From contig MCFH01000010.1 of the NCBI GenBank assembly GCA_002104945.1, forward strand, positions 434,001 through 498,000: a DNA stretch of 64,000 bases. The letters run 5' to 3'. This DNA comes from Piromyces finnis finn. Its lineage: Eukaryota > Fungi > Neocallimastigomycota. Position numbers and translations under genes: made by a program. This document shows positions 16,697 to 33,660 of the stretch, piece by piece (within the stretch, counting starts at the first letter, position 1; each line of letters starts with the position of its first letter). Under the pieces are notes generated by a model. The model was not told the origin of the DNA. It was given only the letters and a program-made list of their open reading frames with translations, and did no database searches.

Positions 16697-19600
16697 TTAA
16701 ACTTCATTGCTCATATCATTCTTTTTAACTTTATATAAGTCATCAAAAATCTTTCTTTTAAACATAAATCTTGCTATATTTGAAATGGCATTAAATGATT
16801 TATATTTTGAAAGATGCTTTATGCCAAAAATTTTTATATTGCTAAAGAAAACAGCATATTTTTTATTTTTAATATGGACTTTTTTATTGCTTTTGGTTGT
16901 ATTTTTAAATTTATATAGATCATTGGTACTGGCATAAAAGTCATTACTGTTTTGTCTTAAATCTATTGTAGACTTTTGAATAATACGTCCAATATTTTGA
17001 GTTTCTTGATCATCAAATGAACTATTTTCACCTTTCATTAATTTCTCTTTTGCAGATTTAATAATATCATTGTAGGTTACACCTTTAGCAATTTGATTAA
17101 ATTGTTGATAGGATAGCATACTTAACAATATAAGAATTGATAAATCTAATATAAATAATAAAAAGGCTGAACTATAAAATATCCAACTTTTTGAAAATAA
17201 TTTAGAATAATCAATGAAACCATTATTATTATAAAATTTTATACAAGCTAATTTTTTTTTTTCGGTTTTTAATATAAAATAATAATAATAATAATAATAA
17301 ATAATGTTAATTCGGTCAATCCTTTATATCTTTAATATTTATATTATTTATATATAATAATTACTTTCAACAATTCTAAATAAAGTCATTCCTAATGCTG
17401 ATAAAGCAGATATAAGTAAATAAATAAAAGTTTTATGATTTCCAGCACCTACACAATTGTTGATAAATGTACAATGATGATCAAATCGACAAACGCATTT
17501 ATTACAAATTTTACAATGCTTGACTTTTGAACTTTTAGGTTTCATTAACTATTTATAATTATTAAATATTAATAAATAATCTGTAATTTTTTATTAAAAG
17601 AAATTTTATCTTTTTATAATAAATACCTCACAAGTATAGCAATATTTTTTTATTTCTCCCCCATTATATACAAGGGATGATAAGTTCTATTAGTATACAT
17701 ATATAAACGAAGGAGAAAGAGTTTAATATTATGTTGTTATAAATTTTAAAATATTTATATATATATATTTATTTATTTATTTATTTATTATTATTGTCTT
17801 ATTAACCTTGTATTTTGAATTTTCCATTGAGTATTCCTTTGTTAAATATCCTGGATTTGAATTGACACAATATAAGAATAATATCAATACAGTTACCATT
17901 ATAAATACATCAACTATATTTAATATAATGTTTTGTTCAGAATCTAATTAAATATATATCAAATCATTTAATATTAATTATTATTAATCATTTCATTATA
18001 TTTAATAATTATTAAGGAAAAAAAAAAAACTTACAAGGTATAATTAATAAGCAAGTCATAAAAAGATTATATAAAATAGCAACAAAAGAAAACATCATTA
18101 CATATGGGTTTGCAGTGTTACTATTAGCAATAAATACATTGTAGATACGACTATGTAAATAATAACAAATGGCACTTGAGATCACAATACCAAGATATGG
18201 AATCGAAAATGTAATTAAAAACCACAATCCCATAAGTAATAATGGTGCACAAAACAAAAATATATATCTTTTCCATGTTAAATGCTATTAATATTTATAA
18301 ATAAAATTCATTTTAATTTATTAATCTTATATTATATTCTTATGTTTTTACTATATTATTAGTAAATATTTACCCATAGTGTATTGATATCCTTAACATT
18401 ATTTTTTTTAACCTTTGTTAAAAATTTTGATATATTTTCCCAATATTCATTTCTAAAATCTTTTTTCTTATTACAATTAGCAGAAGCTATTTCAAGTGGT
18501 GTTTTACCATTAAAATCTTTTTGATAAATTAATCCACGATCTTGATTTACTAATAATTTACAAATTTCATAAAAGCCACGTTCCGCAGCTATATGAAGTG
18601 CTGACTTTCCTGTGCTGGGATCTACATAATTTGTTGGACATCCTCTTTTTATTAAAAAGTTAAGCATGACAATATATCCATCTATGACAGATAAATTGAT
18701 ATAATTACTATTTTGATAATGAATAGTTAGTTGAGTTTCTAAAAATTGTACTATTGATATATTTCCATTTCTAATGGCTAATGCAACAACATCATGACCA
18801 TCACAATCAACAATAGTAGGGTCAGCTCCACATTGTAATAATAATGATAGTATCTTTACATTATCATGAATACTTGCTGTATGTAAAGCTGTTGTTCCAT
18901 TAGATCTTGAAGGCTTGTCTCCCGATTTTTGATCAATATTTAAAGATGGCCTACTTAATAAATACTTAATGACTTCCATATTCCTTTTATTATTATCATT
19001 GTTGTTTAATTATTTATTTTTATTTTATTTAAATATAAATATTTCAAAAAAAAAAATATATATATATATAAATAACCTTGTTTCTAATTTAATATTATTA
19101 TAATTTTAATAATACTTACTCTCCAAAAATAGCATTTTGTAATACAGTATATCCCTCTATACATTTCTTTATTCCATTAATATATATTACACTTTCACTT
19201 TCACGTTTATTAATTATTTCTTTTTCTGTTAGTACAGCTTTACTTAAATTATTTACTTTACAATTTTCAACAAAATATATTACAGCAGATAAATCACCTC
19301 GACGACAAGCACTAAATATATTGTCATAATCTTTATATATACATACATAAAAAATAATAAAGTTCATGTTATTTTTATTGAAAAACAAATATATTACAAA
19401 GATAAATATATTTTTTTGTTCAAATTTCATAGCAATAATAACTATAATACTAATTATATATAATAATAATAATATATAATAATATTCAATATTTTACCAT
19501 TTGCTGGTGCTCTTCTTATATTATCATAATTAGTTTTTGCCAATTCACTTCTTACTTTTGATTCTTCAAAAAATAATCTACTCCCCGATTGACTACTTTT

Positions 19601-20044
19601 CATTGCATTACCACTTTTATTTAAAGAATTTTTTCTTAAATTTTCAATTTTATTTACATTTAAAATTGAAGAATCTAACATTGTATTACTTTTAAATGAA
19701 AAACTTCTTTTTATTTCAGGTGTTTCTGTTATTTCATTACTTATGCTTACTATATTTATATTTTCTGTATCGATGTTATTTTTTTCTGTAGTTAATTCTA
19801 AGAGAGGGGTATCAATACTCTCTTTTAAAAATGGGTTAAAAATACTATCTTCCCTATTGTCAATACTATTTGATATGAATTCGTGTGAATTTAACATTTG
19901 GAAGTTTAAATTTTCTTTTATCATTGTATTATTTTTAGTATGAGTTTTACTCTTTTTTTTATCTTTAGAATCTATTATATAGGAATCACCATCTAAATTA
20001 TTTAGATAAATATTTTCCACCATAGACTTGCTTTTTAATTTCAT
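16697..20044 (-). CDS. Ankyrin-repeat DHHC palmitoyltransferase (Akr1/ZDHHC17-like); exons 20044-19498, 19330-19120, 18983-18374, 18284-18035, 17943-17807, 17686-17627, 17548-17365, 17247-16697 (849 aa)
   Basis: Ankyrin repeats ([44 protein letters not shown]), [46 protein letters not shown] helices and a GVTYND variant of the TTxE motif. The chain closes in frame (2550 nt). Confidence 0.93.
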
Positions 20045-23000
20045 TTTCTATAAAATTTTTTGTTAATTTTAAATAATTTTGAATTTTTTTTTTTTTTATA
20101 ATTATTACAATAATCAAATAATTTTTTTTCTATATTTTCACTTTTATATATTTTGTTAAGATATGTTGCGTCTTTGAATATTAATATATTTGGTAATACA
20201 CTTATATATATAAATAAAATTGTTATTAAATAATGTATATATATTTTACCTGATAAATTAATGTTAAAAAGAATTTTGTTATTATACTTCAACAAAGAGA
20301 TAAATTTGAAATTTGAATGCTAAAATTATTTTTATTGGATATATATTAATTTTTTTTTTTGAATGTAAATTATTTTTTCTTTTTCTTGAACAATTATATT
20401 AATATTTAAATAATTTTAAACTATTTTAATACAATTCTAGTTAATTGTGAGTAACCATCCAATTCATAATTTAAAAGTATATATACAAAATTATATTAAA
20501 ATTAAATATAATTTCTTAAAATTTTTAATAGTAATAAAAAAAAAAATTATACAGAATTAAAAACTTATTAGTTGTAAGAATTTGATAGATTTTAATTATT
20601 AAAACTATTGTTCATTTATATAATTGCTTTTTATGTTTTATTTTTTTTTTAACTTTTGATTTTGCTTATTTTTAAGTTTATATATAAATATTTAAATTTT
20701 AAATAGTTTATATATAGTTTTTATATCCTTTTTTTTTTTTTAAAATTATTATTATTTACTCCTTACTTATTTTTAATTTATATATATTAACAGAACTAAT
20801 TTTAAAATCACTTTAAAATTATTATTCTATTTTTTTTCTTAAATTTATATAAATTAAAAATAAAATAATAAAAAAGAGTATGGTTTTATAATAATAAAAA
20901 GAGTATGAAAAAAGTTATAAAAGAAAAAAAAGGAAAATAAGTTTCATAATATTTTAATAATAGAAAAAGAAAAAAAGAAAAGAATTTACAATTCAAAAGA
21001 CTTTTTTTTCTATAATTCTTTTTACCTTTGACCAAATCATATATTTTAATATTAAATTTTAATATATTTATATATTATTGATTATATTAATATATAGAAT
21101 TTATTTTTTTGAAATAACAATATTGAACTATAATTTAATTATAGTTTAAAAAGTATATTAATTTCAAAACCTTATTTAATAATAAAATATATTAAAAGAA
21201 CTATTGAAAGAACTATAAAATATTAAATTATTATTTATTCATTTATTCAATAGATAGAATATTAAAAAATGTTACTAACTCATTTTTATAATAAATTTTC
21301 TATATTTGTACAAATAAATTAAATTAATTTTTTTATGGAAAACGAAAACCTTAATTTATAATATTATTAATGAATTAAAATTTATAGAAATTATTAAAAC
21401 TGTTATTTTATTAGCCAAAATCTTTATTAATAAATTAGCAAATGTTCCTATTAATCTTTTATATTTATATTTATTTTGGGATATCTTTTCAATGTAATAT
21501 ATAATTCTTTTCATGTTTTTTAGGATTTTATATTTTTAAAATATACAATATAAACACATCTAAATATGAATTATTAAATGCTTAAATAAAATTTAAAGTT
21601 CATATATATATTGTTTCATAATATGTAATATTTCAATGTGATCTAAAATCACAACTGAAACAATCAAAAAAAAATTTTTACACAAAAAAAGCCAAAAAGA
21701 AAAAATATATACATAATTCAATTTTTTTAAATATAAAAATAGTATGTATATAAAGTACATAGTACATCATTTTGTAATTTGTAACTAAAAGATTTCAACG
21801 AAATTTATTGCTATGCGATAAAGTATATTTGTACTGCATAACAATATTATTACTTTATTTTGTTTTGTTTCATCCCATTTTGTTTTATTTTATTTTGTTT
21901 TTAATATTAGAATTAATTTTTAATGACGGCAACGAAAATCCACTTTTCTTTAACATTCACAATTTTTACTATAAAAGATTAACATTACACTAAAAATGAA
22001 AAATTCTGTAAAGAGAATTTTTTAAAAAAATGTTTCAAAAAATAAATTAAAATTCCAATTAAATTAATTTATTTTTTAATAAAAATTTCAACACATGTTT
22101 TATGAGAATTTTAATTTATCGACTAATAAATATTACCCGAATTTTCCATTTCATCAGTAGAATAGTATTGATGATGAGGGAAATAAGTTTTCTTTTTTTA
22201 AAAAAAAAAAAGAGACCTAGAATAGTTCAAAGTATTTTACTTTTCTTATAAATAAAGTATTATCAATATTCATATATGATTTACTAAATAAATAATAAAA
22301 TAAGAATCATCTTCCAAAAATTTAAATAATACATAATTGTTGATCATGGATAATTTATGATTATTTTTTAAATGAAGAGGATTATCATATAATTTTTAAA
22401 TATCTATATATTTAAAAATTCAAAATGTTATAAAGTTTATCCATTCCAAGTTCAAAATCTTGATACAGTATATAAATATAGTTTGAACGAATAATTTTTG
22501 ATGATATTATTAAGATGACATTCATCGTTCAATTTTACATTAAGTTATGGATAGTATATATATCAATATCAATATAATATAGCGATGTTATATTAAGAAG
22601 AAAATAATTAGTCTCTCGGTTTCACATTAAAAAAGAAATTAAAATAATTATATTTTAATAATAATATCTTTTTGTAACATTTTTATCAAGTTATAAATTT
22701 GATAAAAATTACATTAAATAATAGGATAAAATATAAAATATTTATAAATATGAACTTTTTGAATTCAAAAAACATAAAAGAAAGAAAAAGATAGTATATA
22801 CAATAAAAACCTAAAATTTGTTCATGGAGCAAAAATAGAATTAATATATATAAATGAAATAAAATAATATATATGCATATACAATAAAATTAATTAGATA
22901 ATATAAAATAACTTCTTACATAATATTTGAAATTCAATTTCAGGAATTTCAAAATTTGTTTATAAAATAAAATTTTTATGGAATATTTACATAATTTATC

Positions 23001-23654
23001 TTTCATTTTAACAGGCAATTTATTATTATATGAAAAAATATGATGATTTAATTTCATTTTTATATTTAAATAAAATGAAAACAAAAAAATTAATTATTAT
23101 TATTATGATATAATGTAAATATGTATATATACCATTTATGAAAAGAACAACTATTTATAAGTAATGAGTTTTACAATTATTTTTTTTTAATATGTACACT
23201 TTAAATTTATTAAATATTTTTAATTTTTATTTTATTGTTTTTCAAAATGTTAAAAATCGACAGATTTTATTTTTTAAAAGTTATCATTTGTATCCAATCA
23301 TTTTCAAGTATTCATTTAAAATGTTATTATCTTAACTTTCTTATTAATTATTGCTTTATTTTATTTTTTTTTTAATGAATTAAAAAAAATAATAATAAGA
23401 ATTAAACTAAAATGGAATTAAAAATAAGAATATAAATCAAAAAAATAAATAAAATACTACAGTAATAAAATAAAACAAAAGAAGAAAAAAAAGTTTATAA
23501 TTAATATTTTTATATGAATTTTCTATTTTCAGGAAATATATATTTTACAAAGAAATTTGAAAATAAATAATAACAATAGAAAAAAAAAATAAAATCTTTA
23601 AATTATCCTTACTCTATTTAATTTTAACATATTTATCGTAAATAATTTATTAAA

Positions 23655-26005
<2,351 letters not shown>

Positions 26006-27047
26006 AAAAAAAAAAAGAAAAAAAAATTTTTTTTTTCTCTTTTATTTTGTTTAATAAATTAATAAATATAAAAGAAAAAAGAAACCGATTATATCTATCC
26101 TTTAATAGTTTTATAATATATATTAAAATTTCTAATTAAAAATAATAAAAAAGGATACTAATAAAAGTATGTAAATTTTTTTTTTTTCTTTAAAGAAAAA
26201 AAATAAAATAAAATAAAATAAAAAATAAAAAAGATACCAAAATAAAATAAAAAAAAAAAAATACGAATAAACACAAAGTTAAAACGATGAAAAATGAATA
26301 ATTTTTTTTTTTTTTTTTATTTGACCTTTTTATTTTAAATCCGATTTTAAAACAAACAAAAAACTTTAAAATATAATGTTCAAAATCTAATAAGAATATA
26401 AGTATCTATATTAATTAAAAAAAAAAAAAAAAAGGTATTGAAATTATGAAAATGTATTATTAAAAGAAAAAAAAAAAATTTTTTTTAAAAATTATTTATA
26501 AAGATATTAGTATTAACATTATAATGTAATATAATGTAATACATCTATTAAAAAAAAAATAATAATAATATTTTTTTAGTTGTTATTGCTGTTATTTTGA
26601 AATTAGCCATAATATAATTTATAAAAGTATAATCATTCTATAATTATTAGTTCTTTTTTTTTACTACTTTATATATATTATATATATTTCTATTGTTATT
26701 CCATATAAAATATACCTATTAATTTTGATCATTAATGTCATATTAATTTGTATAATTTTATATTTAGAGTGAAAATATAAAAGTAAAAATAAAATCAGAA
26801 AAATATAATAATAATAATAATAATATCTTGTCTAATTATTATGTTTTTTTTATTATTATTATTATGGTTTATTTGTTTAATATTGATATCAGGATATATA
26901 TGTATATACTTCTTATATATATATTATTTTTTTGTTTTTTTTGTTTTTTTTGATCGATTGGTTTGATAGAAGATGATTATTTTTTAATTTAAAAAAAAAG
27001 TATACATTTATCAAAATTATATGCGTCTGAATGAATCGTAGTATTTT

Positions 27048-27085
<38 letters not shown>

Positions 27086-27125
27086 AGAGAGGAAGGCGTT
27101 GAAGTTTATTTAAAACGGGTATATC

Positions 27126-29408
27126 TTATTTCAAAAAGGTATCAACATCATGAATATCACCTGTGAAATCCCAAATTGCGATTTTTCTATCCTATAAAAA
27201 AGTAAATTAAACATAAAATATTTATTTATATATAATTAAAAGGAATTAGTATCCGTTTTACTTTACTAATAATTCTAAAAATGATATATAATAACGAATA
27301 AAAAAAAAAAAAAAAAATTATTTTAAAAAAAGAATAAACTATAGTTTTACCTGACTTGCACTGACGATTTTTGAAGCATCCATTTGAACATTAAATACCC
27401 AACTGCCATGAGCATTCTTAAAATCTTTTAATAATTTTCCTGTTTTGATATCCCATATTTTAATAGTTTGATCATAGGAACCAGAAACAATACGTTCATT
27501 ATCAAAAGCTAATGTTCTTACTAAATCTTTATGGCCTTCATCACCACTTAAAGTTCGTATGAGCTGGCCTGTTTTTGCATTCCATAATTTAATCGTATGA
27601 TCATTGGACCCTGATGCAATGATGTCACCATTATATTGAACACAAGCTAAACCACGTAAATGGCCAATAAATTCTCTAATGCATTCACCTGTATTAATAT
27701 TCCATAGTTTAATAGTACAATCGCCTGAGGCAGAGACAACTTCATCCCCATAGATATGAATAGCATTCACAGCTGCACGATGACCATTTAATGTCCTTAT
27801 TAGATTGCCGGATTCTAAATCCCATATTTTGATTGTACAATCTTTTGAACAACTCACAATAACTTTATCATTAAATCGAACATCTAATACTGGTGCTACA
27901 TGACCATATTTTCCACTTAATATTTTCAAAACTTCTCCAGTTTTGAAATCCCAAACAATAAGTGTTGAATCACTAGAACCAGACACTACAATTTTATCGT
28001 TATATTGAAGGCAAAGAACGGAACCTTTATGATATTTTAATACTTTAATACATTCCATTGTTTTTATATCCCAAAATTTGATTGATTTATCACGAGAACC
28101 CGATACAATAATATTTTTATCAAATTGAACACAATAAACACTATCGTCATGTCCACTAATGCATTTGGGTGTAATATCCAAGTTCACCCAATTTTTATTT
28201 AAACGTAATCGTTGCTTATATAAATATTTATAATTATGTATTTTACGTCGTTCAATCGGATCTGGTAAACATCCCCAACGTTTCTCATATAAATTATGCC
28301 ATACAGTATTATCATTTGCTAATTCATTCCATTTATGGGATACTTGGGAAATTTTATTTATTGTGTGGATATCATCAATTTGTAATAAAACATTGATCTA
28401 TACAGGTGATAAAAGAAATATATATATATTATTTTTTTTTTTAATTTCTCAATGCATATTTATAACTATAAACATTTAAAAATATATACATTTATACATA
28501 TATATATATATATATATATTTTATAAACACTTACACTTAATTCATATGGAAGAATATTTATAAATCCTATATGTGATAATAATAAAAATAATAAAGAAGA
28601 AATAACAGTTTACTAATGAATACCTTTTATATGTATATATATGTGTATATATATTAATAGATTTTATTCATAAAATGTACATACCATAAACATCTATTTC
28701 AGTTTCATAGGCTGAATCTTTGGCACTATTGATAAGACTTTTTGTGTCATTCATAGAGAGATCATTTATACTTGTAATTATATTTGAAATAACTGGTGCC
28801 TCTAATTCACTTGAATTTTGTGTTTTAGAGACTGAGGATATTGAAGAATTAAAATTTTTTGATGATACAGTTCCAGTTGAAGGATTATGACTACTTCTTT
28901 GAAGCCAACTAAAATTTAATGTAGTAATTATTCATATTAATAAGTAATCATTAGTATATTCAAGAATATTTTTTTCTTTTTTGTTTTTTTTTTTTTTTTT
29001 TTTTGGTAAATAAAAATTAATATATATATTAATAACAATTAATATTTTTATTATTATTATTATGATATAATTAAAACATGATAACTAATAATAATAAATA
29101 GATATATGATTTTTTTTTTTTTTTTTTTTTTTTGGCATAAATAAACTAAAATAAAAAGAGTCAGTTATTTATTTTTATATATGAAAGTTCTTTACTATAT
29201 TGATTAAATTTGAGTAATATTAATTGTTTTATTTATCAAAGAATAACACATTATTTAATATAATTACATTCGTGTAAATAAATATTAATGAAAATAGGTG
29301 ATATTATTAATACATATTGATAATTTTTTATTGTTATTTTTTTTAATTTTTCAACTAGATTTTTGATTTAATAAAGTAAAGTACTTACTCGTTTATTTTT
29401 TGAAACAT
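27126..29408 (-). CDS. F-box/WD40 SCF substrate receptor (beta-TrCP/FWD-1-like); exons 29408-29389, 28908-28685, 28566-28535, 28397-27351, 27191-27126 (462 aa)
   Basis: F-box FINILPYELS..VLLQID....ISQVSHKWNELANDNTVWHNLY and seven WD repeats (GHDDSVYCVQFD, HKGSVLCLQYN, GHRAAVNAI, GHLRGLACVQY, SQDRKIAIWDF). The 20-nt first exon ATGTTTCAAAAAATAAACGA|GTAAGT is phase-compatible, and the chain closes at 1389 nt. Confidence 0.9.
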
Positions 29409-29419
29409 TCTCTAGTCAT
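29393..29419 (-). promoter_or_regulatory. Out-of-frame uORF (MTRECFKK*) overlapping the predicted F-box start codon
   Basis: ATG at 29419, 11 nt upstream of the main ATG (29408); TAA at 29395-29393 lies inside exon 1. Depends on the transcript start being upstream. Confidence 0.45.
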
Positions 29420-32400
29420 AAAAAATATATTTATTTTTTTTCTTTTAATTTATTTTAAACTCACTTTATCCCTTTTGGTAAATTCAAAATATTATTTTTC
29501 TTTTATTTTATTTATTATAATTAAAGGTTGAATGAAGGGTTTATTTTCAAAATTGATATAAATGCTTTTTTTTTTTTTTTTTTTTTTTATCTATCAAAGA
29601 AATTTTAATATTCGGTTATTGATTCTTTTTGTTTTATAAAAATAAATAAAATCCAAAATCTTTTCCAATTATTTTTTATTCTTCTTTATAACTTCATATA
29701 TTTAAAATTCTATGTTCTATCTTTTAAATTTTCCAATAATTTATTTTTATTACTATTATTATTATTATTAGATAAAAGAAAAAAAGAAAAAAAAAAAGAG
29801 GAATAACAATAAAATAAAAAAAATAGTATTAGTATTCAAGTCTTTCTTATTATCTTTAAGTGAGGGATAAGTTGTTTTATTTTTTTTTTTTTTTTTTATG
29901 TTTTATATATATAGAATAAAAATTGATATTTTAAGTGTACCTTTTTAATATTTTTATTGATAACTTTTAAATTCTACTATTCCACTATTACTTTTTATAT
30001 AAACTTTTATTTTTTTAAAAAATACTTTCAACAATTTCTATAATAACTTTTATTGTGTATTTTATATACGAATGTACTAATGTATTGATACTAACTAATG
30101 GTTTGATATTTAAAATTAAGTATATCTTTTTTCCTTATATTTTTGGTAGTTTTTTTTTTTTTTTTCTTTGTTATTAGTAATATATCATATATCTTTATAA
30201 AAATAATAATTTATTATTTAACAAAAAAAAAAAAGGAATAATAAATATATAAATATATTTCGTATAAAAAAAAGGGTCAATACTTCATAGTCCGGCCGGT
30301 TTTTTCGTTTGCTTATTTCTGCTTTTTATTTTTTTTTTGTTTTGTTTTGTTTTGTATAGTTTTAATTACTTTTAATTAAAATATAGGGCTTAACTTTTTC
30401 TTTTTATAATTATAAAATTGAAAGAAGAAGTGAAAAAACAGTGTTTTTAATGTTTATAATCCATAGAATAACAAATTATTAATATTTTTTGTTTTGCTTT
30501 GTTTATTGTTTTATATTTAATAATAATTTTTATTTGCTTTTCGATATCTTGTTGTTACTTTAATTTTTTTCAACTTGAAAAATAAATTATGATGAAATAT
30601 AAAAAGAAGTATTTGTAGTATTGTTTTTTTTTTTATTATTTATTATTAAAAAAAAATATATAAATTAAATTTATTGTAATGTTCTATATTAGAAAGGAGA
30701 AAAGATATATTATTTTTGAGGTTTGCAGTTATTAGAAAAAAGAAAAAAAAAATGATATATAAATACGATTTATGAAATTTTTTTTAAATAATTTTACATT
30801 ATTCAATTATACTAATTATTAAAGTTGGTTATCTATTTGATAATATTAAAAAAGAAAGAAAAAAAAAAGAGTGTGTATGAAAAACGCTTTTATTTAATAA
30901 ATAAACGATATTTTTATTTTATTAAATATTTAATAACAAAATAAATATTAAAATTTGTAAAAGTTTTACGATTGTTAATTTTAATTCTTTTTTTTTTTTT
31001 TTTTCTAAAAGTTTTCTTTTTCGATTTTTTAAAAAGAAAAAGAAAAAAAATTTTTTTTTTTTCTTTTGGTTATATTTATTTCCTATTAATATATTTTATA
31101 TATAAATATTTTATATTTTTATTACACTATTATTAATTACTATATTATCTATATTATTATCTTTAAAATTTCCTTTTTTTCCAAAAAAATAAAATAAAAT
31201 AAATTATTAATATAGGAACACACCCACACCTAAACATTAATTAACTTTTCATTTATTATTATTAATTATAGAAAAATATTTAATTATTAAATTAGGTTAA
31301 TTAAAGCATGATCATCCCTTCTAAAATAATAATAATAAAATAAAAAAAAAAAAAACTGAAATTATAATAAAATTATAAACGACATTTTTTTTTAAAATAA
31401 ATACTTTTCTATTGTTTTTATTTTATAGTAAATAAAATATAAAAAAAAAACTAAATACTAAAACATTATTTTATTCTAAATAAAACTTGATATGTATTAA
31501 AATAAAATAAAAAAAAAAAAAACATTGTTCTACCTGTCTAAATTAATATATAAAAAAGGATTGAAATAATTTATTATGAATTAAACTTTAGATAAGAATT
31601 TTTGACCATTTTTTCAATTTAATATAAAATAAAGTTTTTAATTATGGTTGAAAAAATATAATTTATTTAATTTAAATAAATATAAAAAAAAGGAAAAAAA
31701 ATTTTTTGAGTTAATTATAGTAAAGGTAAAAAAAAAAAAAGGTATAGGTATGATTAAAAGTTTAAAAAGAATAATAAAGGAAAAAAAGAATAAAAAGAAA
31801 AAAATAAATATAAATTATAATACATGAATTCTAAAAACAGACATTTATAATGACTAAACTAAATGGAATATATATACATTATATATCCAAAATAATATCA
31901 TCAAAAGATAAAATCAAGATATTTTAAATTTGCTGTCCTAAACATTTAATTAAAAAAAAATATAAATTAAAAAAATAGTAGTAATACAGGATAAAAAAAA
32001 AAAAATTACAGTACTTTTTTATATATTCATTATATAATAGCAATAATGCATATTTTAATAGTTGTATTTCTTAAAAAAAATTCTTTATATAAAAAAAATG
32101 GCATTTATAAAAACATTTTTAATTTTTTTATTATTTTAATTCTAGTTAAATAGATTTAGTCAAAAATAAGTTTGAAAACTAGTAAAAAAAATCAATAATA
32201 CATTGCATATTTAATTTAAAAATATAGTATGATATTTGATATTTAATTAGATCTTATTTATTCTCTACTAATAGTTTAATTAATGCATTAATAATTTATA
32301 TGCTTTAATATCTTTTAAAATTATTAATATTTAATCTATTTCTTTTTTTTATTATTATTTATTATTATTATTATATTATATGAAGTTATTTCTATGAAAA

Positions 32401-32939
32401 CTTATTAAACTTTAATAAAGAATCTATAATTATATTTTGTAGAATGTCTCTTTTTTTTTATTATTATTTTTTGTTAATAAAATAGTAAAAAGGCATATTT
32501 ATACTTTATTCATAAACATCATTTTAAAAATTGTATTTAATTCCTTTCATTTTCCATCTAGAGTATTGATATTTTAACTTGAAAAAAAAAAAAGCAAATT
32601 AGTTTTTTTTTTATAAGTCTATTATTATATCAAAATAATAATCAATTAAATTATTTTTCTTTTAATGCAATGAATGATATATTAAATTGATTAAATAAAA
32701 TTTAACTACCAATATAAAATAATTAAACCTTGCTTTAATATTTCGCTATTAACTCATTTTTTTGTAGTAACATAGAGCTGGGTTTAAATAGAATTAAAAT
32801 GAATTAAAATATTGAAATGTTATCATTTAAAAATGCTTTTTATTTTGTTGCTAACCTTTTAATCTGAATTTTTTTTTAAAGATTATTATAATATTTTAAT
32901 TAATAAATGCTTTAAATAGAAACTATTTATTACTTTACA

Positions 32940-33660
32940 AAGCAGTCTCCAAAATATTATTAATCCACAGTATTTTCATCACATCCTAAAACATATTTAG
33001 CCTTTATGATATTATGTATTATATACAAAAAACCATCAAGATATTATATCCACTCTAATTAAAATAACGAATTAATTACACTCAACTAAAATTACTCAAA
33101 CACTCTCTCATAATATATTTTTTTAATATTTTTTTAATTTTATTTTTTTTTGTGTTTTTTTATTTTTTTAAAGAGTTTTCTCCATACAAGTACTATGATT
33201 GAAATACGATCCTTTTTCTTCAAGAAAGAAGACTAATTAGATTTCCCAAAAGAGAAGATCATTTATTTAAACTTTTCCTTTTCAAAAAATGAGCACATAT
33301 TCTTCACATATCCTTATACTTTAAAACTTTAATTTAACAGAGACGCTTCAAGAATTAGGATGTCTCAAGCAGATTACTATTTAATTTATTATTAAAATTA
33401 AGTTAATATTTCTCATTCTTTCTTTTTATATATATTTGTATAATTATTTAAAAGTTTCTTTGATATTTACTTTAGATCTGGCTCTCATCTTTCTTCTTTT
33501 ACGCTTTAATCTTCTCTGTCTCTTCTTTCTCCACTATTTTATTATAATTATAAATTTAACGATTAGTCATCATTCTTTCATCCCTTCTACTTTATAATTA
33601 TTTCATATAAATATATTCTTTATTCCTTATTTACCTTATCTCTCATTTTAATAAATGAAA
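32940..33660. pseudogene. Possible decayed coding or transposon remnant, unidentified
   Basis: Locally higher complexity and GC with purine-rich, codon-like stretches on the minus strand broken by stops; no recognisable domain. Confidence 0.15.

Noticed and set aside
21637-21653. TGTGA-N7-TCACA resembling a bacterial CRP site
   Set aside because: Spacing differs from the N6 consensus, the context is eukaryotic and it is a single occurrence
28909-28935. ATG at 28935 as F-box start via a 1-nt frameshift or assembly error
   Set aside because: A perfect-donor 20-nt exon at 29408-29389 joins the TAG acceptor in the right phase without invoking an error
31217-31231. ACACACCCACACC, like a yeast telomere or Rap1 site
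   Set aside because: Single imperfect copy; TG1-3 telomeres and Rap1 as a transcription factor are budding-yeast traits
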